From Erysipelotrichaceae bacterium (lineage in GTDB: Bacteria; Bacillota_I; Bacilli_A; Erysipelotrichales; Erysipelotrichaceae): a stretch of DNA of 32,000 bases. The stretch spans positions 1,500,001 to 1,532,000 of the forward strand of contig OY781039.1 of the NCBI GenBank assembly GCA_963676105.1, given 5' to 3'. The notes beneath the pieces are model-generated. The model saw only the letters and a list, made by a program, of their open reading frames with translations, was not told the origin of the DNA and ran no database searches. The translations under genes were made by a program, and so were the position numbers. This document shows, one piece after another, positions 25,972-32,000 of this stretch. How positions within the stretch are numbered: position 1 is the first letter of the stretch; every line of letters starts with the position of its first letter.

Positions 25972-26814
25972 ATGAAAGTCATTAACGGTAAAGAGATTTC
26001 AAAAGAAATTGAAGTTCAACTTAAAGAACAAGTTGAAACATTAAAAGCTAATGGAAAAAGAATTCCTAAATTAGCTGTAGTACTTGTGGGTGAAGATCCT
26101 GCCAGTCAAACCTATGTTGGTTCAAAAGAAAAAGCTTGTACACGTGTAGGTTTCTTATCTGAAGTAATAAAAATGGATAAAGATAGTTCAACTGAAGATG
26201 TGGTGAAAGAAGTTGAACGTTTAAATGCAGATGAGTCTGTTGATGGAATATTGGTTCAATTACCATTACCAAAGCAATGTGATTCAAAACCTGTCATATT
26301 AGCAATCGATCCTAGTAAAGATGTTGATGGTCTACATCCAATTAATGTTGCGAAGTTATATGCCAAAGAAGATGGTTTTGTGCCATGTACACCAAAAGGT
26401 ATTATGACATTACTTGATCGTGCTGAGGTTAAACTTGAAGGAGCTAATGCGGTGGTAATTGGAAGATCTGATTTAGTGGGTCGTCCTATTGCGCAACTTT
26501 TATTAAATAAAAACGCAACAGTAACAACTTGTCATTCACGTACACAAGATATTCCTACGCACACAAAACAAGCAGATATCATTGTCGTCGCAATTGGTCG
26601 TCCAAATTATTTAGACAAATCTTATATTGAAAAAGAAGCCGTTATCATTGATGTTGGGATTAACCGTGTTGATGGAAAATTGGTTGGAGATGTTAATTAT
26701 GATGATGTCTTTGATTCAGTTAAAGCCATTACACCAGTTCCACGTGGGGTTGGTCCGATGACGATTGTGTCTTTACTAGAAAATACATTAATAGCTTATT
26801 CAAAAAGGAGTTAA
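25972..26814 (+). CDS. folD: Bifunctional methylenetetrahydrofolate dehydrogenase/cyclohydrolase
   Basis: MKVINGKEIS start preceded by AGGAG at 25960-25964 (the track's start at 25951 lacks a Shine-Dalgarno). Motifs VGEDPASQTYV, VQLPLP and PVPRGVGPMT. Confidence 0.95.
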   Translation: MKVINGKEISKEIEVQLKEQVETLKANGKRIPKLAVVLVGEDPASQTYVGSKEKACTRVGFLSEVIKMDKDSSTEDVVKEVERLNADESVDGILVQLPLPKQCDSKPVILAIDPSKDVDGLHPINVAKLYAKEDGFVPCTPKGIMTLLDRAEVKLEGANAVVIGRSDLVGRPIAQLLLNKNATVTTCHSRTQDIPTHTKQADIIVVAIGRPNYLDKSYIEKEAVIIDVGINRVDGKLVGDVNYDDVFDSVKAITPVPRGVGPMTIVSLLENTLIAYSKRS

Positions 26815-26817
26815 GTT

Positions 26818-27018
26818 ATGAGTGAATATGATTTAAATGACATCGTAGAGATGAAAAAACAACACCCATGTAAGAAATCAAATCACTGGAGAATTATTCG
26901 CATGGGAGCAGACATTAAGATAAAATGTCTAGGTTGTGGAGCGGCGATTATGTTTGATCGCTCTGAATTTGAAAAAAAATTAAAACGCGTTGTGCAAAAA
27001 GCAGATGAAAACGCCTAA
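26818..27018 (+). CDS. DUF951 family small protein (YyzM-like)
   Basis: 66 aa with HPC....W.I.R.GADI..KC..CG pattern. It sits in the typical position directly upstream of ychF. Confidence 0.8.
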   Translation: MSEYDLNDIVEMKKQHPCKKSNHWRIIRMGADIKIKCLGCGAAIMFDRSEFEKKLKRVVQKADENA

Positions 27019-27026
27019 GGAGAAAT

Positions 27027-28127
27027 ATGCCACTAACAGCTGGAATTGTTGGTTTGCCTAATGTTGGTAAATCCACTTTATTTAATGCCATTACGCGCTC
27101 TCAAGTAGAAGCCGCTAACTATCCTTTCGCAACCATTCAACCCAATGTTGGTGTGGTTGAGGTTAAGGATGATCGATTAAAAGAAATCGCAAGAATCTTT
27201 CAATCAAAGAAAACTATTTATACAACATTTGAGTTTAGAGATATTGCAGGTTTAGTTAAAGGGGCATCACAAGGTGAAGGTCTAGGAAATAAGTTCTTAT
27301 CTCATATTAGAGATGTTGATGCGATTGTACATGTTGTGCGTTGTTTTGATGATAATTCGATCACTCATGTTGAAGAATCAGTTGATCCTGTACGTGACAT
27401 TGAGATTATTAACTTAGAACTTATTTTATCTGATAAACAACTTATTGAAACACGTATTTCAAAGGTGGAGCGTAAAGCTAAACAAAAAGATAAAGAAGCG
27501 ATGTTTGAACTCGCCCTTCTTCAAAAGATAAATAATCACTTAGATGAAGGTAAGAATATCCGTAATTTAGAAATGAATAAAGATGAACTCATCTTATTAA
27601 AGAGTTTTAATCTATTAACCCAAAAGCCAATTATCTATGTTGCTAATATGGCTGAGGATGAAGTCTTAAGCGCAAGTGATAATGAATACTATCAAAAAGT
27701 TGCACAAATTGCGGAAGATGAAGACGCTCAAATACTACCAATCTGTGCCAAAATTGAAGAAGAATTAGCAGCCTTAGAAGACGATGAGAGAGATGAATTC
27801 TTAGCAGACTTAGGTTATACAGAATCTGGTTTAGATCAAATTATAAAGAGTACCTACTCACTTTTAAATCTATGGTCATATTTAACGGCTGGTCCACAAG
27901 AAGCGCGAGCATGGACATTTACTAAAGGGATGAAAGCACCAGCGTGTGCAGGCGTTATTCATACCGATTTCGAACGTGGATTTATCAAAGCAGAAGCTTA
28001 TGCTTATGATGATCTTATTCAATATGGAAGTGAACAAGCGGTTAAAGATGCTGGTAAACTTCGAATTGAAGGAAAAGAATATTTAGTGAAAGATGGAGAT
28101 ATATTACACTTTAGATTTAATGTTTAG
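27027..28127 (+). CDS. ychF: Redox-regulated ribosome-binding ATPase YchF
   Basis: G1 motif GLPNVGKST, NYPFATI, DIAGLV, and C-terminal TGS-like FERGFI.AE. Confidence 0.96.
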   Translation: MPLTAGIVGLPNVGKSTLFNAITRSQVEAANYPFATIQPNVGVVEVKDDRLKEIARIFQSKKTIYTTFEFRDIAGLVKGASQGEGLGNKFLSHIRDVDAIVHVVRCFDDNSITHVEESVDPVRDIEIINLELILSDKQLIETRISKVERKAKQKDKEAMFELALLQKINNHLDEGKNIRNLEMNKDELILLKSFNLLTQKPIIYVANMAEDEVLSASDNEYYQKVAQIAEDEDAQILPICAKIEEELAALEDDERDEFLADLGYTESGLDQIIKSTYSLLNLWSYLTAGPQEARAWTFTKGMKAPACAGVIHTDFERGFIKAEAYAYDDLIQYGSEQAVKDAGKLRIEGKEYLVKDGDILHFRFNV

Positions 28128-28156
28128 TTTATAATGGAATAAAGGAGGTATGTTGT

Positions 28157-28480
28157 ATGAAACTCGTGATAGCGATTGTATCAAACGACGATAGCCATGC
28201 CTTATCCAACGCATTAAATAAAGAAAATTTCATGGTGACTCGTTTATCAACCACTGGAGGTTTTCTAAAAATGGGTAATACCACCTTGTTGATTGGGACA
28301 GAAGATAAAGATGTTGAACGTGTTCTTAACCTCGTTAAAGAATATAGTAAACAACGTACTGAACTCGTACCTTCAACAGCTGCCTATGACATTGGTCGTT
28401 TCGCATCCTTCCCAGTTGAAGTAACAGTGGGTGGCGCAACCATTTTTGTGGTTGATGTTGAACAATTTATTAAAATCTAG
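28157..28480 (+). CDS. darA: PII-like cyclic-di-AMP receptor protein (DarA/PstA, YaaQ family)
   Basis: 107 aa. MKLVIAIV..DDS..L...L....F.VTRLSTTGGFLK.GNTTLLIG and VGGATIFV match B. subtilis YaaQ closely. AAGGAGG Shine-Dalgarno at 28142-28148. Confidence 0.88.
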   Translation: MKLVIAIVSNDDSHALSNALNKENFMVTRLSTTGGFLKMGNTTLLIGTEDKDVERVLNLVKEYSKQRTELVPSTAAYDIGRFASFPVEVTVGGATIFVVDVEQFIKI

Positions 28481-28507
28481 AGAAGCGGGAAACCGTTTTT
28501 CTTTTTT
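28481..28507 (+). terminator. Possible terminator after darA
   Basis: AGAAGCGG-GAAA-CCGTTTTT stem (includes G-U pairs) running into a T-rich tract. Confidence 0.45.
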
Positions 28508-28513
28508 GTGTAA

Positions 28514-28522
28514 TGGTATAAT
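28514..28522 (+). promoter_or_regulatory. Extended -10 element for ispF
   Basis: TGGTATAAT. AGGAG Shine-Dalgarno at 28533-28537. Confidence 0.45.
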
Positions 28523-28546
28523 GTTTTTCGACAGGAGATGTGTTTT

Positions 28547-29020
28547 ATGCGTATAGGACAATCGACAGATATACACCCACTTGTAGAGGATCGAGAACTG
28601 ATTTTAGGTGGCGTGCATATTGAATCATTATTAGGTGCTTTTGGTCATTCAGATGCAGATGTTTTAGTACATGCAATTGCTGAATCCATTTTAGGGGCTT
28701 TAGCCTTAGGGGATTTAGGTAAACATTTTCCAGACACTGATCCAAAATATAAAGGAATATCATCCTTATTGATCCTTAAAGAAGTTGTAAAACTGATGGA
28801 TCAAAAGGGATATAAGATTGGCAATATTGATGCCTTAGTTTTACTTGAAAAACCAAAACTCGCGCCATATATGCCAGAAATAAAAAAGAACTTATGTGAT
28901 GTACTAGCTGTTGATGAAAGTCAATTAAATGTAAAGGCAACGCGTGGGGAAAAGTTAGGTTATGTCGGGAGGATGGAAGGCATTATGGCGCAAGCCGTGT
29001 GCTTACTAGAAGAAAAATGA
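28547..29020 (+). CDS. ispF: 2-C-methyl-D-erythritol 2,4-cyclodiphosphate synthase
   Basis: MRIGQSTDIHPL, GHSDADVLVHA and DxTLxxEKPKL-like LLEKPKLAP. The start is trimmed to ATG 28547, 9 nt after the Shine-Dalgarno. Confidence 0.94.
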   Translation: MRIGQSTDIHPLVEDRELILGGVHIESLLGAFGHSDADVLVHAIAESILGALALGDLGKHFPDTDPKYKGISSLLILKEVVKLMDQKGYKIGNIDALVLLEKPKLAPYMPEIKKNLCDVLAVDESQLNVKATRGEKLGYVGRMEGIMAQAVCLLEEK

Positions 29021-30237
29021 TTAATAAAAAAACTGATGAAATAAAAGTCATGCGTGACCCCATTCATGAATATATTCACGTGGAATATCAGGTGATATGG
29101 GATGCGATTAATTCAAAAGAATTTCAGAGAATGAGACGGATACATCAAATGGGGACATCCTATTTGGTCTATCATACAGCTGAACATTCTCGTTTTTCTC
29201 ATAGTTTAGGTGTGTATGAAATTACACGGCGTATGTGTAATGAAATTAAGCATATTGATGAGTTTTTAAATGAAGATGAAAAGATACAAGTGATGTTGGC
29301 TGGTTTACTACATGATTTAGGCCATGGACCGTTTTCTCATTTCTTTGAAATGGTTACTTCTGAATCACATGAATCGATGACGAAACGTATCATTATTGAA
29401 GATTCAGAAATACATGCGATTTTGGAGAATGCTCAAATTGGTTTGAGTGGAAAAGTGGCAAGCATCTTAGATCATACACATCCAAAACCCTTACTTACCC
29501 AAATGATTAGTTCACAACTCGATGCTGATCGTATGGATTATCTATTAAGAGATGCGACCTTTAGTGGGACAACCTATGGTCATTTTGATTTAGAAAGAAT
29601 TTTAAGAACGATGCGTGTTGTTGATGGTCGAATGGTTGTTAAAGCGAGTGGTATACATTCAATTGAAGACTATATTATGGCTCGATATCATATGTACTAC
29701 CAAGTTTATTTCCATCCAACATCACGTGCAGTGGAAGGTTTAATCTTAGGTTTCTTTAAACGCTTTAGTGATTTAAGGGATAAAGATGAATCATATGCGA
29801 TTAAATATCCAATGTTTGATTTTTTAGGTCAAAAGAAAGGGATATGTATTCATCAACACCAACGTATAGATGAAGCCAGTTGTTTCTATGGCTTTCAATT
29901 ATGTTTAGATGATGAAGATATGATTTTAGCTGACTTTGCGATGCGCATTCTAGATCGTCATCTATTTATTGATGAAGATTTTGTGTCTGAAAATCACTTA
30001 GCAGATCTTAAACAAAAGTTAAGTGATAAAGGCTATAATCCAAAATATTACCTCTATCAAGATGAAATGGAGAAACGTCCATATTCACCATATAACGAAG
30101 ACAATAGTTTAATTTATATCCTCACAAAAGATGGGGAAGTTCATGAGTTGTCTGTTGTTTCAAGAATTGTTAATGCGGTTGTGAATACTGATTCATTAGA
30201 GAACCGTAAAGTATTTTATCCTAAGGAAGGTTTTTAA
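29017..30237 (+). CDS. HD domain phosphohydrolase, dNTP triphosphohydrolase-like (YwfO/EF1143-type)
   Basis: Motifs RFSHSLGV, LLHDLGHGPFSH and DADRMDYLLRD. The preferred start ATG 29017 overlaps the ispF stop (ATGA). Confidence 0.85.
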   Translation: MINKKTDEIKVMRDPIHEYIHVEYQVIWDAINSKEFQRMRRIHQMGTSYLVYHTAEHSRFSHSLGVYEITRRMCNEIKHIDEFLNEDEKIQVMLAGLLHDLGHGPFSHFFEMVTSESHESMTKRIIIEDSEIHAILENAQIGLSGKVASILDHTHPKPLLTQMISSQLDADRMDYLLRDATFSGTTYGHFDLERILRTMRVVDGRMVVKASGIHSIEDYIMARYHMYYQVYFHPTSRAVEGLILGFFKRFSDLRDKDESYAIKYPMFDFLGQKKGICIHQHQRIDEASCFYGFQLCLDDEDMILADFAMRILDRHLFIDEDFVSENHLADLKQKLSDKGYNPKYYLYQDEMEKRPYSPYNEDNSLIYILTKDGEVHELSVVSRIVNAVVNTDSLENRKVFYPKEGF

Positions 30238-30240
30238 GAA

Positions 30241-31482
30241 GTGAAAAAAGATTTAATAAGTAGAAGAGAAAGTCTTCTAAATGACTTACCTCTAAATAGT
30301 ATTGCGGTATTTTTTGCGGGTGATTTAATCCCATCAACAGCTGATGCTCATTACCCATTTGTGATAAATAAGAATTTTTATTATCTTACTAATCTTGAAG
30401 AAGATAGTTTGATTTTAATGTTTACACATACTGCGACCGGTAAGAAAGAAACATTATTTATTAAGGATGATAATCCAGTGATGGAAAAATGGGTAGGTCG
30501 TTCGATTAAAAAGAATGAAGCCATTGCGATATCAGGTATTAAGAATATCTTGAAGATATCTGATTTTGAAAATACTTTGAATCGTGTCTTTATGAGCAAT
30601 GATATAACCAACTTTTACATCGATTCAGAGCGGATGTCGCTTAAAAAAGGGCAAACTAAAGCTGATCGTTTTACCAGTGAAATCAAGGAAGCACATCCTG
30701 ATTTAGCCATCACAAATTTAAATAAAAAAATTAATAGTATGCGCAGCATTAAATCACAAGCTGAACAAGATTTAATGGTGAAAGCAATGCATGTGACTCA
30801 CCGTGGTCTAAATCGAATATTAGAGAATTTGAAACCTGGACGTTTTGAATACCAAGTAGCGGCTGATTTCTCTTATCAAGTACAAAGTGAAAACTGCACA
30901 CATGCCTTTGATACAATTGCAGCAAGTGGAGAAGATGCTTGTATCCTTCACTATGTGGATAATCAAAAAGAATGTAAAGATGGTGATTTAATACTATTAG
31001 ACTTAGGTGCTAGTTATCAAAACTATGCCAGTGATATAACGCGTACATATCCTGTGAATGGAAAATTTACTGAGCGTCAAAAAACGTTCTATAATATTGT
31101 CTTAAAAGCACAAGAAGCAGTTATTGATGCGGTGCAACCAGGGGTAAGTTTTCAATTCCTAAATCAAATTGTTAAAGAAATTTATAAAGAAGAATGTGTT
31201 AAGGCAAAAATTATCAAATGTGAGGATGATGTAGATCAAGTTTATTATCATGGTGTCTCTCATTCTTTGGGTTTAGATACACATGATGTAGGATATCTTG
31301 AAGGAGCTAAGGTTGAAGCAGGTATGGTTATTACCGTAGAACCAGGTTTATACAGTGCTCAAGAGGGTATTGGGATACGAATTGAAGATGATGTATTAGT
31401 CACTGAAACGGGCGGAATTGTCTTATCTTCCTTTATTGAAAAATCAGTTGAAGACATTGAAAGAATTATGAGCTCAAGATAA
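30241..31482 (+). CDS. Xaa-Pro aminopeptidase (M24B family)
   Basis: GTG start 10 nt after AAGGAAGG. AMP_N-type N-domain. Metal ligand contexts LLDLGASY..YASDITRT, HGVSHSLGLDTHD, ITVEPG and IRIEDDV. Confidence 0.9.
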   Translation: MKKDLISRRESLLNDLPLNSIAVFFAGDLIPSTADAHYPFVINKNFYYLTNLEEDSLILMFTHTATGKKETLFIKDDNPVMEKWVGRSIKKNEAIAISGIKNILKISDFENTLNRVFMSNDITNFYIDSERMSLKKGQTKADRFTSEIKEAHPDLAITNLNKKINSMRSIKSQAEQDLMVKAMHVTHRGLNRILENLKPGRFEYQVAADFSYQVQSENCTHAFDTIAASGEDACILHYVDNQKECKDGDLILLDLGASYQNYASDITRTYPVNGKFTERQKTFYNIVLKAQEAVIDAVQPGVSFQFLNQIVKEIYKEECVKAKIIKCEDDVDQVYYHGVSHSLGLDTHDVGYLEGAKVEAGMVITVEPGLYSAQEGIGIRIEDDVLVTETGGIVLSSFIEKSVEDIERIMSSR

Positions 31483-31499
31483 ATCTGAGCTCTTTTTTT
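31470..31499 (+). terminator. Intrinsic terminator after the aminopeptidase gene
   Basis: GAGCTCA (31470-31476) pairs with TGAGCTC (31486-31492). T7 run at 31493-31499. Confidence 0.8.
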
Positions 31500-31518
31500 A
31501 TAAATAGGATGTAAACGC

Positions 31519-31546
31519 TTGACATACGATTTAACTTATTTATAAT
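31519..31546 (+). promoter_or_regulatory. Near-consensus sigma-A promoter
   Basis: TTGACA (31519-31524), a 16-nt spacer, then TATAAT (31541-31546). Confidence 0.65.
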
Positions 31547-31572
31547 CGTTGTCAGGAAATGGTTATATTTAT

Positions 31573-31968
31573 ATGAAGTCTCAAGCGGTTAGTTATCAGT
31601 TAACCTTAACCGATAATTTAGAAAATAAAAGTGTATTCTATGATGATTTAATTGGAGAGATGTCAAAAACACCTCTTGTATATCGTTACACAGAAAATCA
31701 CACAGATGCATCTGTAAAGATTAATGTGAGTGATGATTTTATCATTTTAAACAGAAGTGCTGAATCCAACACAGAAATAAAATTTGAAGAAAATACAGGC
31801 ACTAAATTCTTTATAAAAGATGATGCGACAGAGTTTATGGGGGACGTCGAAACACTCGAAATAAAAAAGTTACCTCAATACCTCTATATTCACTACCGCT
31901 TGTGGGTAAATAATGATATTATAGCGGAACAAGAAATGGAACTGAAAGTGAAGGTAAGTGATGCATGA
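31573..31968 (+). CDS. DUF1934 (YwiB-like) beta-barrel protein
   Basis: ~131 aa from ATG 31573. The track's TTG at 31549 would lie upstream of the predicted transcription start. Its size and alternating beta-strand pattern fit the family, as does its position directly upstream of a probable argS. Confidence 0.6.
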   Translation: MKSQAVSYQLTLTDNLENKSVFYDDLIGEMSKTPLVYRYTENHTDASVKINVSDDFIILNRSAESNTEIKFEENTGTKFFIKDDATEFMGDVETLEIKKLPQYLYIHYRLWVNNDIIAEQEMELKVKVSDA

Positions 31969-32000
31969 ATGCGATTGAAGCACAACTAAGACAAATCATT
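31965..32000 (+). CDS. 5' end of a CDS running off the window (possibly arginine--tRNA ligase)
   Basis: ATG 31965 overlaps the preceding stop (ATGA), and MNAIEAQLRQII stays open to the window edge. The argS guess rests only on the common ywiB-argS arrangement and the N-terminal style. Confidence 0.35.
   Translation, partial: MNAIEAQLRQII

Noticed and set aside
29017-30237. HD-domain dNTP triphosphohydrolase-like gene as an anti-phage dNTP-depletion defence system.
   Set aside because: It looks like the widely conserved housekeeping YwfO/EF1143-type protein. It is embedded by overlapping codons in a core operon (ispF upstream, aminopeptidase downstream), with no defence-island neighbours or mobile-element signatures.

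Overview
This is a dense, low-GC, Bacillota-type chromosomal segment using the standard genetic code (TGA, TAA and TAG all act as stops). It is almost entirely core housekeeping, and I found no rRNA, tRNA, CRISPR array, transposase, integrase or prophage signal. Gene order: gyrB (5'-truncated)-gyrA | T-box leader-serS | SRP RNA-tadA | dnaX-recR-fhs | orphan 313-aa gene | CYTH(-) <> nadK | SEDS rodA/ftsW(-) <> PTS-EIICB-like membrane protein | mutS-mutL-miaA-msrA | ABC-2 ATPase + permease | tandemly duplicated lipoprotein | rarA(-) <> dtd-folD-DUF951-ychF-darA | ispF-HD hydrolase-Xaa-Pro aminopeptidase | DUF1934-(argS?). The ORF track misses the non-coding elements: a tRNA-Ser T-box leader, a small SRP RNA hidden inside the over-extended tadA ORF, several intrinsic terminators, and TGnTATAAT extended -10 promoters. 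No clear multi-gene novel system is visible. The best candidates for follow-up are: (1) a self-contained orphan gene (10111-11052) whose N-terminus resembles a module I recall fused to HNH nucleases, here joined to an unrecognisable C-terminal domain; (2) a strongly codon-biased lipoprotein made of two 471-nt repeats with mosaic identity, FMN-binding-domain-like motifs and Rex-like operator half-matches on its promoter; (3) a PTS EIIC-EIIB-like protein whose catalytic Cys and His residues are replaced; (4) an identical palindromic 17-mer bracketing serS. All homology statements come from motif recognition by eye and need database confirmation.
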